Shown here piece after piece: positions 37,992 to 47,974 of a stretch of 62,526 nt of DNA (within the stretch, counting starts at the first letter, position 1; each line of letters begins with the position of its first letter). Position numbers and translations under genes: made by a program. The stretch comes from an uncultured archaeon. Its GTDB lineage: Archaea; Thermoplasmatota; E2; DHVEG-1. The stretch lies in assembly GCA_902384685.1 (NCBI GenBank), contig CABMCU010000058.1, positions 1 through 62,526 of the forward strand, written 5' to 3'. The notes beneath the pieces are model-generated. The model saw only the letters and a program-made list of their open reading frames with translations, had not been told where the DNA came from and ran no database searches.

Positions 37992-39029
37992 ATGAACATA
38001 AAAAATAAGATAAATCTACAGCAATTAATAACAATGATAGGACTTATTCTTTTTGGAACCATCGGACGATATGTCCTTTTTGGAATGGGAGTCCAACCAT
38101 TTCCGAACTTTGAAGTGATAATGGTCGTGACATTTCTCGCAGTAATGCTGATTCGATCACCGCTAGCCCTCATCGTTCCTCTTATAAGCATGATTGGAAG
38201 CGATCTACTGATTGGAAACCCGATTTTCGTGGGAAATCAAATGAACAGAATCGTACTATTTACATACTCCGGATTTGCCATCATCGCACTCATCAATTTA
38301 TTCAACAAAGATCGACTCTGGAACGGATTCGGACAGCTACGCCTTAAGACGTTTGGTCTTGCCGCTGGACTTGGTGTCGGATTTGTCTTGCTCTATGATA
38401 TTTGGACAAATATGGGCTGGTGGTACTTGATGTACCCCCATGACGTAACCTCTCTTGCAGCGGTATTCACTGCAGGATTACCATTCATGGTTTATCATAT
38501 GATTTCCGGTGTTGTTACATTTATTGCGATCGCGGTACCGGTCATGACGTATATCACAATGAAAAAGGGCACATTACAACTACGTCCATTCAAGGTACCA
38601 ACCATGCATAAGATACCAGCGGTTCTTATCGTTCTTGGTCTTGTGGTACTGTGTTTTACCGGGACTGCTATGAAGGTTCCACAAAAAAGTGAGCTATGGT
38701 TTGAGAAATCTGATCAAACCAGTGTTCGGATTGTTATTGTCGGTGATAATTGGATTATCAATGATAACCTCGTCGCCATAAAGGGAGACACTGTGTTTTC
38801 CATTTTAGAGCGATGCTCAGAAAAAAATGGGTTCTCCATCGACTCCACCTACTATGCACAGTTTGATTCCACCTTAATTAACTCAATCAATAACGATGTG
38901 GGGGGAACCAATGGAAAATACTGGCAGTATTATGTGAACGGTGAACTGGTAAATGTCGGTGCTGATAAATGTGTGATTACAAATGGTGACTCTCTCCGAT
39001 GGAGCTTTGAGGTCCCACCGAGTCAATAG
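37992..39029 (+). CDS. Polytopic membrane protein fused to a C-terminal DUF4430 (transcobalamin-like) domain
   Basis: ~6 TM helices, then ..NGKYWQYYVNGELVNVGADKCVITNGDSLRWSF, typical of DUF4430. GGGAG RBS before ATG 37992. Confidence 0.65.
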   Translation: MNIKNKINLQQLITMIGLILFGTIGRYVLFGMGVQPFPNFEVIMVVTFLAVMLIRSPLALIVPLISMIGSDLLIGNPIFVGNQMNRIVLFTYSGFAIIALINLFNKDRLWNGFGQLRLKTFGLAAGLGVGFVLLYDIWTNMGWWYLMYPHDVTSLAAVFTAGLPFMVYHMISGVVTFIAIAVPVMTYITMKKGTLQLRPFKVPTMHKIPAVLIVLGLVVLCFTGTAMKVPQKSELWFEKSDQTSVRIVIVGDNWIINDNLVAIKGDTVFSILERCSEKNGFSIDSTYYAQFDSTLINSINNDVGGTNGKYWQYYVNGELVNVGADKCVITNGDSLRWSFEVPPSQ

Positions 39030-39055
39030 GAGATAAACACCTTTTTTTCTTTTTT

Positions 39056-39781
39056 TTAGGTTATTTCATCCAGAGTTCTAATTCTCTTCCGGATTACTGT
39101 GATCACGATGATGACAAAAAGAAATGCAAGGAAAAGACCTGATGTCACACCAACTAATTCGTATGATACGAGAAAATTATACGACCCATGAAGAAAAATT
39201 GCGAGGATAAAGTACGGTAACACTCCTAATAAGGATGAATGTTTCATGACTGTTTTTCCATATCCATATCCCGTCAATGCGGTCGCAGAAGCGTGAAGTA
39301 AACAACCACCAAAACTTCGTATTGCCATTAAAACCAAAAATGCTACAATTCCTTCGGATAAACTACTATATCCATACAGAAGATTTTCTGTCGCGGAAAA
39401 ACCTAATCCTGCAACAGCTCCGTAGATCAAACCATCTTCTAATTCATCGAGATTATATCTTACGGATTTAAGTCGTAACGCGAGTGGTTTGGTGAACTCT
39501 TCAATAACTGGTGCGATGATCACCGCTGCAAGAAACGGAGTCATTTCTGTATCAGACGATGAATATGTGAACGGTAACTCAAATATGACTTCTAAGATAA
39601 ACGCTGCGATGACAGCGATTGTTGCACCCCAGAGGAAACACAGAAAAATTGGTTTCCATTGTTCACGATTGTATCGTTCCCTGTTTCGTATCCAAATTGT
39701 ATACAATAGAGGTGGGAGAAACGAAAGAAAGATGAGGAGTCCCCAGGTAAAAAGCGTCGTCATCACAAATATAAAACACAC
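39056..39781 (-). CDS. PrsW-family intramembrane metalloprotease
   Basis: Multi-TM protein with EEFTKP and later HGSYN motifs characteristic of PrsW. Confidence 0.7.
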   Translation of the reverse strand: MCFIFVMTTLFTWGLLIFLSFLPPLLYTIWIRNRERYNREQWKPIFLCFLWGATIAVIAAFILEVIFELPFTYSSSDTEMTPFLAAVIIAPVIEEFTKPLALRLKSVRYNLDELEDGLIYGAVAGLGFSATENLLYGYSSLSEGIVAFLVLMAIRSFGGCLLHASATALTGYGYGKTVMKHSSLLGVLPYFILAIFLHGSYNFLVSYELVGVTSGLFLAFLFVIIVITVIRKRIRTLDEIT

Positions 39782-39799
39782 GAATGTTTATTATGTTTT

Positions 39800-41575
39800 T
39801 TAGAGTTTATAATAATATTCACCATTCTGTTTCTGCTGCCGATCCATATATGAATCTGGTTTATTGACTCGAGGTCGTTTGGTCTCCTCATCCCGACGGA
39901 AGGTGATATCAACGTTTTTCAAAAACCGATTCATTCCTTCATGCAGACTATACGGCCCCTTTGCATATCCGTGTTTCCCTGGCAAACCATCAAATACAAT
40001 CAAGGCGTCACTTACCATATCAATGAAATACACATCATGGTCAACCACCATTGCGGATTTTTTTGATTTCTCAATGACCCTACGTAACATTCGTGAGACG
40101 ATCATTCGCTGTTGACTATCAAGGTAGGCTGAGGGTTCATCGATGAGGTAGATATCCGCTTCTTTCACGATAGAGGCCGCGATTGCAACCCGTTGGAGTT
40201 CTCCACCAGAGAGCGTGTCCAGCATATGGTCCTGAAGGTATTTCAAGTGCAGTGCATCATATACCTCTGTTTGATAGAATGATGACGAAAAGAGCTGTGG
40301 TGCATATGCCTCAAAATATTCTTGTACGGTTCCTTCATAGTCTGGTGTGATATATTGTGGTTTATAACTGATTTTTAGATCGTACTCTATTGTTCCTTTT
40401 GTGGGGGCAACCACCCCAGCTAGCATCTTCACAAATGTTGTTTTTCCAATTGCATTTGGACCAACGATTCCCACAATTTCTCCTGAACGGATAATACCTT
40501 TTTCTATCTCAAGTGTGAAATCTTCGAACTCTTTCGTAAGATCATCATACGAAACAAAGATCCGAAGTCCTTGCTGTGGTTTTGGTGGATTGGCAAAAAA
40601 CTCGATTTTCTCCCCAAAGCGAATGTTTTCTTCTTTGAGATAACCAGAGAGGTAGGTGTTTATGGAATACCGTACAGCTCGAGGAAAGGTTACAACACCA
40701 TAAGCACCTTCGGTTCCGTACATGATATGGACGTTTTCACAGAGGAAATCTAAAACTGCAAGATCATGTTCAACCACGATAACTTTTTTTTCCTTGGAAA
40801 GCTCTCGGATAATACGGGCGACTTTTAATCGTTGGTAGATGTCAAGATACGATGTTGGTTCATCAAAAAAATATAAATCAACATCTTTTATGAGAGCAGC
40901 GGCGATCGAAACAAGTTGGAGTTCTCCTCCGGAAATCGTTCCTTTTTCAATCTCTTTATCCAGAAGATTGCCAATCCCAAGTTTCGTGACAACAGCGTCG
41001 AAAATGTTTGTTGTATCCGCACTCTTGAGTACGTCCCTAATTTTCCCTTTGACAATTTTTGGAAGTTGATCGACATATTGTGGCTTCAGTACACAGGTCA
41101 TATTCTTTTCCGAGAGTGCTTTGAAATGCTCATGCAGTTCAGTGCCAGCGTAGTATTCTAACACGGGGTCCCACGACGGTTTCTTTTTTCTATATTCTCC
41201 AAGGTTTGGAATGATTTGCCCTGCAAGGATTTTGATCGCTGTTGTTTTTCCTATCCCATTCTGTCCGAGTATACCCGCACAGCTACCCTTTTTTGGGATA
41301 GGGAGTCGATAGAGTCGGAACCCGTTTTTTCCGAATTGATGCACAAGCTCTTCCTTGAGTTCTTCTGCAAGTCCAATGATTTTGATTGCTTCGAATGGGC
41401 ATTTATTGGTACAGATACCACAACCGACACAGAGTTCTTCAGAGATGACTGGTTTTCCATCCTCGCCCATGACAACGGTTTCGTCACCAGCACGTACTCG
41501 AGGACAGAATTTGATACATTCCTGCGCGCATCGTTTTGATTTACATCGATCTTTAAGCACTATAGCGATTCTCAT
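39800..41575 (-). CDS. ABCE1 (RNase L inhibitor homologue, ribosome recycling ATPase)
   Basis: N-terminal 2x[4Fe-4S] domain (DRCKSKRCAQECIKFCP, CVGCGICTNKCP). Two ABC cassettes (GQNGIGKT, GPNAIGKT, two SGGELQ signatures). Alternative starts at 41587 and 41593. Confidence 0.95.
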   Translation of the reverse strand: MRIAIVLKDRCKSKRCAQECIKFCPRVRAGDETVVMGEDGKPVISEELCVGCGICTNKCPFEAIKIIGLAEELKEELVHQFGKNGFRLYRLPIPKKGSCAGILGQNGIGKTTAIKILAGQIIPNLGEYRKKKPSWDPVLEYYAGTELHEHFKALSEKNMTCVLKPQYVDQLPKIVKGKIRDVLKSADTTNIFDAVVTKLGIGNLLDKEIEKGTISGGELQLVSIAAALIKDVDLYFFDEPTSYLDIYQRLKVARIIRELSKEKKVIVVEHDLAVLDFLCENVHIMYGTEGAYGVVTFPRAVRYSINTYLSGYLKEENIRFGEKIEFFANPPKPQQGLRIFVSYDDLTKEFEDFTLEIEKGIIRSGEIVGIVGPNAIGKTTFVKMLAGVVAPTKGTIEYDLKISYKPQYITPDYEGTVQEYFEAYAPQLFSSSFYQTEVYDALHLKYLQDHMLDTLSGGELQRVAIAASIVKEADIYLIDEPSAYLDSQQRMIVSRMLRRVIEKSKKSAMVVDHDVYFIDMVSDALIVFDGLPGKHGYAKGPYSLHEGMNRFLKNVDITFRRDEETKRPRVNKPDSYMDRQQKQNGEYYYKL

Positions 41576-41851
41576 AGCTGTGAACATCGACAAGATGCAG
41601 GTTCTTAAAAGGTTTTTTATAATGCGAGGAATTTCAGTTTAGTATAATAAAAAATAATCTCGTGGGCGAGTGTTACATTAATCTATTCACAAAATCTCAC
41701 AACTTATATCATTGTTGGGACAATCATTCAAGGTATTGTTACCCTTGAAATAGCACGGAGATTACAAAAGATCATGGCATCACGGATATTGCAAGGGAGT
41801 AATAGATTTTTTTTCTCGTTCTTCTCCCGTTATTTATATAATCTTTTTGTT

Positions 41852-43048
41852 TTATCGTCCAAACGAATGACGAGATGAGCCTCGAAACTGTTGATGGTCT
41901 CGTGGTTCAAACCGTCGCATAAACGGAACTTTCCGAAAATCAGGGATATCTGCCCGTTCTATCCGAAAATCATCGTTGCTTTGCACCCGCCTGAAGTTGT
42001 CATGGTCGCGCTCGGTAAGAAGGGTGATTGCTGCGCCATTTGCTCCGGCACGTGCAGTTCTGCCTATCCGATGAACATATTCAGTTGGCGTCTTTGGTAC
42101 GTCGTAGTTGTAGATGTGAGTGACGTTTTTGATATCAAGACCCCGGGCTGCTACATCTGTTGCTACCAGAACTTTGGTTTTTTGTGCTTTTAACGCGTCC
42201 AGTGAACTTGTTCGTTTTTGTTGTCTCATTCCTCCATGGATTGCGGAGACACGGATTCCTTGACGCGCAAGGTTCTTTGAGACGGCATCAGATTCTCTTC
42301 GTGTCCCACAGAACACAATAGATAACCCATCGGTATTGCTGTTCAGTAAATGAACAAGCAGAGAAAACTTCTGATTCTGCTCATAAATATCGTAATAGAT
42401 CTGCTTTAATTTACTGTGATCGACATAGGATTGAGTCTTTATGATCACTGGATTTTTCAGATGTCTTCTCGCGAGACGATGGACATCCTCAGATATTGTT
42501 GCACTAAACATCAGTAGCTGTCGTTGCTGAGGAATGTAGCGAACGATATCTTCGACATCATCGATAAAACCCATTTCAAACATTTTATCGGTTTCATCCA
42601 GCACAAGGATCCTAATACCACCTAAATCAATAGTTCTCCTGCGAAGATGATCAAGCATCCTGCCAGGAGTTCCGATAACGATTTCAGATGTACGAACACC
42701 GCGTATCTGTGGTTCAATGCTGACACCACCGTAGACACTCGTGGTCCGTATCCCCAGGTTTTTTCCAAAATCCCTAAAAACATCAGTGACCTGGATGCAT
42801 AGTTCTCTTGTAGGAGTAAGAACAAGCGCCTGCAGTCCCCTACCAGGTACTATTTTGTTGAGGATAGGTAGACAGAACGCAAGCGTTTTTCCTGAGCCGG
42901 TCTCTGCTTGGCCAACCACATCTTTTCCCTGGACAATTTCCGGTATGCATTTTTCCTGGATAAGCGTCAATTCCTTGAATTCTTGGTCTTGTAGTTTAAC
43001 TAAGAGCTTTGGATGTATGTTAAGTTGTTCACATTTCATTATTTTCAC
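41852..43048 (-). CDS. DEAD-box RNA helicase (motif II reads DETD)
   Basis: Q motif/TLIQ, AETGSGKT, PTRELC, LDETD, SAT, HRIGRTAR. GTG 43048 or ATG 43039 as start. Confidence 0.9.
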   Translation of the reverse strand: MKIMKCEQLNIHPKLLVKLQDQEFKELTLIQEKCIPEIVQGKDVVGQAETGSGKTLAFCLPILNKIVPGRGLQALVLTPTRELCIQVTDVFRDFGKNLGIRTTSVYGGVSIEPQIRGVRTSEIVIGTPGRMLDHLRRRTIDLGGIRILVLDETDKMFEMGFIDDVEDIVRYIPQQRQLLMFSATISEDVHRLARRHLKNPVIIKTQSYVDHSKLKQIYYDIYEQNQKFSLLVHLLNSNTDGLSIVFCGTRRESDAVSKNLARQGIRVSAIHGGMRQQKRTSSLDALKAQKTKVLVATDVAARGLDIKNVTHIYNYDVPKTPTEYVHRIGRTARAGANGAAITLLTERDHDNFRRVQSNDDFRIERADIPDFRKVPFMRRFEPRDHQQFRGSSRHSFGR

Positions 43049-43116
43049 TTTCTTACTAAATCACGATTTTGTTTCTCGTTTCTTCTTATAACTAATTGTT
43101 TTCTCTTTGTTTCAAA

Positions 43117-43135
43117 TTTTTTGAAAAAAAGTATT
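43117..43135 (-). terminator. T7 tract (sense strand) between csp and the helicase gene; possible partial terminator
   Basis: The sense strand reads ATACTTTTTTTCAAAAAA. Archaeal terminators are oligo-T tracts. Confidence 0.3.
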
Positions 43136-43163
43136 TTCAGATCGGTTGTCTCTTACGAGAATC

Positions 43164-43355
43164 TTACGCCTTCTTTACGTTTTTTGCTTGTGGTCCTCGA
43201 TCTGATGTTTCGACTTCAAATTCAACTGCATCTCCTTCGTTGAAGGATGTGTCCATGGGAAGAGCGGTCCGATGAACGAAGACTTCTTTACCATCGTCAC
43301 ATTGGATGAATCCGTATCCCTTTCTTGTATTATACCATTTTATGTTTCCTTTCAT
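43164..43355 (-). CDS. csp: Cold-shock domain protein
   Basis: MKGNIKWYNTRKGYGFI (RNP1) ... VFVH (RNP2). 63 aa from ATG 43355; the track ORF starts at GTG 43364. Confidence 0.9.
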   Translation of the reverse strand: MKGNIKWYNTRKGYGFIQCDDGKEVFVHRTALPMDTSFNEGDAVEFEVETSDRGPQAKNVKKA

Positions 43356-43395
43356 ATTATTCACGTTTTCCTCAGAGTATATCTGAATTATTTTA

Positions 43396-43507
43396 AAAGA
43401 ACAAAAACAAAAAAATTTCGATCATTCGAATTTACGAAACTGTGAAACTCTTATTTCTATTCCTTTTGACGCGATATAGCTTTCCTACCTTTATATAGTT
43501 TTTCACG
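43396..43507 (-). promoter_or_regulatory. Promoter (BRE/TATA GAAAAACTATATAAAGG) plus conserved 5' leader, copy A (csp)
   Basis: Near-identical to 44594..44706, including a 34-nt core (43434-43467) identical to its partner at roughly 30 positions. Confidence 0.7.
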
Positions 43508-43551
43508 GAGAAGATTGCAGGTTATTTTAGCACTACGGGATCTAAAAAAAT

Positions 43552-44487
43552 TTACATCACGATATGAATATCTAATTTTTGGGCGAGTTCTTTGTATCGA
43601 TTTCGTATCGTGACCTCAGTGACCCCAGCGATCTCTGCAACCTCACGTTGTGTCCTACGTTCACCACATAGTACTGAGGAGATGTATAAGGATGCCGCAG
43701 CAAGTCCTGTTGGACCTCTTCCGCTTGTGAGTTCCTGATTTGCTGCATGTCCTAATATTTCCAATGTTTTATTGTGAACGTTATTACTGAGTTTTAATTC
43801 GCTGCAGAATCGTGAGATATAATCTTTCGGTGCAGTCGGCATCAATTTTAATTCGAGTTCACGGGAGACATATCGAAAGTTTCTCCCAATCTCTTTTCGT
43901 GGCATCTGTGCAATCGAGCTAATTTCATCCAATGTGCGAGGTACATGGCATTGTCTGCATGCTGCATATATAGAAGCGGCAGTAACACCTTGAATACTTC
44001 GTCCTCGTACTAAATTTTTCAATGCTGCTTTTCGATAAATCATTGCTGCGGTTTCTCGTACGGTTCTTGGAAGACCCATACCTGAGGCAAGTCTGTCGAT
44101 TCCTGAGAGAGCAAGCGCTAGATTCCGCTCGGTTGCATCGCTGATGCGAACGCGTCGTTGCCATTTACGTAGTCGATATAATTGTGCTCGATTTTTTGTT
44201 GGAATAGATTTCCCGTATGCATCTCGGTTTGTCCAGCCTATCGTAGTACTCAATCCTTTATCATGGATGGTATATGTCATTGGAGATCCAGTTCGAGATC
44301 GTTTCTCACGTTGTTCGTTGTCAAATGCACGCCATTCTGGACCATGATCAATGATATTTTCATCGACAACAAGTCCACAACCAGAACACACTAATTCTGC
44401 ACGAGAATAATCCTTACTTAAATGTCCACTCCCACATTCAGGGCAAGAGATAATTTCTTCTATTTGTTGCTTATTTTTTTTAACCAA
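43552..44487 (-). CDS. tfb: Transcription initiation factor TFB
   Basis: Zn ribbon CPECGS..CSGCG, B-reader/linker, two cyclin-fold repeats. TTG is the only available start after an in-frame TGA. GGGGG lies ~10 nt upstream. Confidence 0.92.
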   Translation of the reverse strand: MVKKNKQQIEEIISCPECGSGHLSKDYSRAELVCSGCGLVVDENIIDHGPEWRAFDNEQREKRSRTGSPMTYTIHDKGLSTTIGWTNRDAYGKSIPTKNRAQLYRLRKWQRRVRISDATERNLALALSGIDRLASGMGLPRTVRETAAMIYRKAALKNLVRGRSIQGVTAASIYAACRQCHVPRTLDEISSIAQMPRKEIGRNFRYVSRELELKLMPTAPKDYISRFCSELKLSNNVHNKTLEILGHAANQELTSGRGPTGLAAASLYISSVLCGERRTQREVAEIAGVTEVTIRNRYKELAQKLDIHIVM

Positions 44488-44593
44488 GTGAATTCAACCC
44501 CCACACACACATTTTTTTCCAGATTTTTACCATTTGAATAGTGCCATTCAGGGATTTTTACTTTTTCAATTTTTTAATATTGGCACTGGTACG

Positions 44594-44706
44594 AAAGAAC
44601 AAAAATAAAAAATCTCAAAATTTCGATTCAACGAAAATGTGAAACTCTTATCTCCATTCCTTTTATATATAGATATGGGTCTCTGGCCTTTATATTATTT
44701 TGCACG
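44594..44706 (-). promoter_or_regulatory. Promoter (BRE/TATA CAAAATAATATAAAGG) plus conserved 5' leader, copy B (tfb)
   Basis: Paralogous to 43396..43507. Followed toward tfb by a tfb-specific hairpin AGTGCCA-N34-TGGCACT (44540-44587). Confidence 0.7.
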
Positions 44707-44714
44707 TGATTACT

Positions 44715-45012
44715 GGGTGTAGGCCGTAAGCCTCTTTCTGTTTTAACGGTATTCGTCTAATGCGCCCTACCTTCGAGCAGTCTGAATAACTGATCCCGAT
44801 GTTTGGGCTTGCTCCAGGAGCAGATTGGCCGTTTCATCAAATCCCAAGGAGATCTCATCACCGAGTGAATCATCGCATAATCCAAGGGCTGTGTCGTTTC
44901 TGTTCCTCTGCTAAGACTCTCGCCTTAGTCGTTTGCACGACGTCCTGATTCAGAGTGAGAGAGGACTTTCCTCAGCAACCAAAAGGTCACCGTCAACCGT
45001 CCACCTACGCCC
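44715..45012 (-). ncRNA. rnpB: RNase P RNA (archaeal type)
   Basis: The minus strand contains CR-I GAGGAAAGTCC and CR-V ACAGAAAGAGGCTTA (the two P4 strands). P1 pairing GGGCGTAGG/CCTACACCC. GC-rich relative to its flanks. TATA (AAGTTTATAA) at 45040-45049, ~30 nt upstream. Confidence 0.85.
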
Positions 45013-45111
45013 AGCAAAACAGCAAGTATTCACCAATGGTTATAAACTTTATCTTCCTCCCCGCCCTCAGCCTCTCATTATTTTGTCGCTATATAAATAG
45101 TATAATGCTAT

Positions 45112-46674
45112 TTATGGGAATCGTGATGTTGATTCACGCTGATCTACCATTATTCCATTCAGATACAATTGGGTTTTTAGAGAAGTCGAGACTAACGAAG
45201 GCACATCGATAGAAAGTTCTACCACGCGTTTCTCACCTACAGCAATCGATGGAATACTCATAGTTTCTTGATTGTAGATACGGCTTGTGTTATCGTAGAA
45301 CGCCCCTCGAATCTCTATATCGGATATAGATGTCGCTCCAAGATTTTCGATAATCATTGTTACGCTCACGTAATCAACCCCGGTGCTCATTGTAAATCGC
45401 GTTGCGTTTTTCCAACTAAGAATTAAAAGTGGCCGTGAAGAAATAGGGTACACGGTTACGTTCGAAATACCTTGATATTCAGGAGGAATTTTTCCAAGCG
45501 GCATAGAAAGTGCTGTGGTTTCTAGGAAATAATATTGGTCGATATAATACGAATACCCAACGATCGTTTCATTCAGATAGACACCAACTGCCATATGTTG
45601 AGGGAGTCGAATCAGTGACACATTATACCCAAGACGTTCCAGCAATGCCGCAGTCAGAATAGCTTTATCCTCACAATCTCCACGTTTTTCCTTTAACGTT
45701 TCCAAGGGATACCGTGGATATTCATAGGTCTTATTCTCAGGGTCATCTTCCTTATATTCCATGCCTTGTACAAATGATGCGATAAAATTGATTTTCTCTA
45801 CATTAGTTTTCAGGTTTTTAAGTGATAGGAGTTGATTAGCTAGAAACTCGAGATAACAGTCATCATATCGATCAAACACATATGCTGCGTAGTCGATAAT
45901 ATTAAATCGTTCTATACTTTTATAATAATCGTAGAGCCAATCTACCTCAGGGATTTTGAGTGTTTGAGAACCAAGGTACTGCCATCGATATATCCATGAA
46001 TCAATAGGATCTTTTTGAACAAGGGTAAGCGTTTTATTAAAAAGAACTTTTTCAGTGCTATCAAACAGTGAAAAATTCAGCTGATTACTTCCAGAGGGTA
46101 TATTGACAGGGAACATAAAACACGTTATTTGTGTTGTACGAGATGGTAGAATCACAGTTGGGAGGAGATAGGCATTACCTATATTCTCTCCTTGAGAAAC
46201 AGAAATATTAAAGGGGTATACAGGAAGATCACCAGAATTTTTAACACTGAGATGAAACGCTACTATTGAAGAATCGGTGTTGTTATTCCACCAATCCTCA
46301 TAAACAGAAATAAGAGAAAGATTATAACCGTTAAACTGTAGTTCATTTTCAAAAATCATATTATTTGATGAATCAACAGCTTTTAACGTGTATGCCCCAG
46401 CAACAACAGACGTTCGATATCCCGCAAGGTAAATACTTTCGTTGTGAATCCCATAGTAATATGTACCAGAGAACAGAAGGTTTTTTTGAGGACTGGTGAG
46501 CATGAGTGTAGAGGAATCAGAGGTGTTAAACCGTACATACATCCGAGGAAATCCACTATCGTCATCAATCGTAAGAGAAAGGAGTGTAAACTTCGTCTGC
46601 CGAAGCAAGGTACAACCTGAGAAAGAGCTTATCAAAAGGATAATGGTGACGAGTATTGTTTTGCCTAACGGCAT
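45112..46674 (-). CDS. Transglutaminase-like (cysteine protease fold) lipoprotein
   Basis: Lipobox-like LISSFSGC. Core RGDCEDKAILTAALLERLGYNVSLIRLPQHMAVGV (Cys...His). Many N-x-S/T sequons. Confidence 0.7.
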   Translation of the reverse strand: MPLGKTILVTIILLISSFSGCTLLRQTKFTLLSLTIDDDSGFPRMYVRFNTSDSSTLMLTSPQKNLLFSGTYYYGIHNESIYLAGYRTSVVAGAYTLKAVDSSNNMIFENELQFNGYNLSLISVYEDWWNNNTDSSIVAFHLSVKNSGDLPVYPFNISVSQGENIGNAYLLPTVILPSRTTQITCFMFPVNIPSGSNQLNFSLFDSTEKVLFNKTLTLVQKDPIDSWIYRWQYLGSQTLKIPEVDWLYDYYKSIERFNIIDYAAYVFDRYDDCYLEFLANQLLSLKNLKTNVEKINFIASFVQGMEYKEDDPENKTYEYPRYPLETLKEKRGDCEDKAILTAALLERLGYNVSLIRLPQHMAVGVYLNETIVGYSYYIDQYYFLETTALSMPLGKIPPEYQGISNVTVYPISSRPLLILSWKNATRFTMSTGVDYVSVTMIIENLGATSISDIEIRGAFYDNTSRIYNQETMSIPSIAVGEKRVVELSIDVPSLVSTSLKTQLYLNGIMVDQRESTSRFP

Positions 46675-47888
46675 AACACCTTCATTTTACGTTCAATTAC
46701 TGTACCAAGCCGCTTCATACCTGTTTCTAACTGTTCGTTTGTGGAATAAGAAAAATTCAGTCGCATGGAGCTGCCACCACCACCGTCCACGCAGAATGCT
46801 TTGCCATGAACATACGCGACTTTTTCTTTAAACGCATCAAGAAACATAGCTTCTGTATCGATTTGTTCTGGGAGTGTGACCCAGGCAAACATCCCTCCAT
46901 TCGGTTTGTTACAAATATATCCTTCTGGGAAATATTTTTTCATGGAATTCATCATGATGTCGCGTTTCGGTTTATACATTTCACAAATCTTCATAATGTG
47001 CAAATCAAGCGAACCACTTTTCATGAACTCATAGGCAATATATTGGGAAAAGCCAGCGGTGCAAAGATCCTGTGCTTGTTTACACAACGCAAGTTTCCGC
47101 ATGATATCCTCCGAGGCGATAATCCAGGCCAGACGGAACCCAGGTGCGAGTATCTTCGAAAATGTCGACATATAGACGACCCGACCTTCATCATCAAATG
47201 CCTTGATAGGTTTGACAGTGGAGCCATCGTACTGGAGCTTCCCATAGGGGTCGTCTTCGATAATGATCAAATTATACTCATGTGCTATTTCCACGAGTTT
47301 CTTCCGTCGCGATTCCGGCATTACAGTACCTGCCGGATTCTGAAACGTCGGGATTGCGTAGATAAATTTCACTGACATATCTTGCTTGATGAGCTCTTTA
47401 ATTTTCTCTTCAAGGAGGTCTACGCGCATTCCATCTTTATCTAAAGGGATTCCAACAAGGTTTGCCTCATAACTGCGAAATGCATTAATCCCCCCAAGAT
47501 ATGATGGAAGACCAACTAGTGCAATGTCCCCAGGGTTTAGAAAAATCTTTCCAACAGCGTCTAAGGCTTGCTGAGATCCGCTGGTGATCATGGTGTTTTC
47601 TGGGGTGACACCACCTTTCATGCTTTCTCGGATCGATCGTTCAGCGATCACTTCCCTGAGTTCTTTGATCCCTTGCGTTGGTCCATACTGAAGTGCGATT
47701 TTTCCATGATTACTTAACACGGTCTGAACAATGCCCTTCAAATCTTGAATCGGAAATGATTGAGGATTCGGCAATCCCCCGGCAAAGGATATAATCTCGG
47801 GATCCTCTGTTACTCTGAGCAATTCACGTATCTCTGATTTCCGCATCTTTCCTGCTCGATCTGAGTACAACTCGTCAAAGTGTGCCAT
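46665..47888 (-). CDS. Class I/II PLP-dependent aminotransferase (LysN/aromatic aminotransferase-like)
   Basis: 407 aa. PLP-lysine region STFSKILAPGFRLAW. Overlaps the downstream gene by 10 nt. Confidence 0.8.
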   Translation of the reverse strand: MAHFDELYSDRAGKMRKSEIRELLRVTEDPEIISFAGGLPNPQSFPIQDLKGIVQTVLSNHGKIALQYGPTQGIKELREVIAERSIRESMKGGVTPENTMITSGSQQALDAVGKIFLNPGDIALVGLPSYLGGINAFRSYEANLVGIPLDKDGMRVDLLEEKIKELIKQDMSVKFIYAIPTFQNPAGTVMPESRRKKLVEIAHEYNLIIIEDDPYGKLQYDGSTVKPIKAFDDEGRVVYMSTFSKILAPGFRLAWIIASEDIMRKLALCKQAQDLCTAGFSQYIAYEFMKSGSLDLHIMKICEMYKPKRDIMMNSMKKYFPEGYICNKPNGGMFAWVTLPEQIDTEAMFLDAFKEKVAYVHGKAFCVDGGGGSSMRLNFSYSTNEQLETGMKRLGTVIERKMKVLCR

Positions 47889-47974
47889 AGAATCAACCCA
47901 ACCCCAAAATATACCTTTGTCTTATATTGATTTCGTTAAAAGATAGAAATATAAAATAATCAATAACTACAGTG

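Noticed and set aside
43049-43163. A third copy of the csp/tfb leader upstream of the DEAD-box helicase gene.
   Set aside because: Alignment by eye shows only generic A/T-rich similarity, and the 34-nt conserved core is absent. The helicase is more likely co-transcribed with csp, or has its own unrelated promoter.
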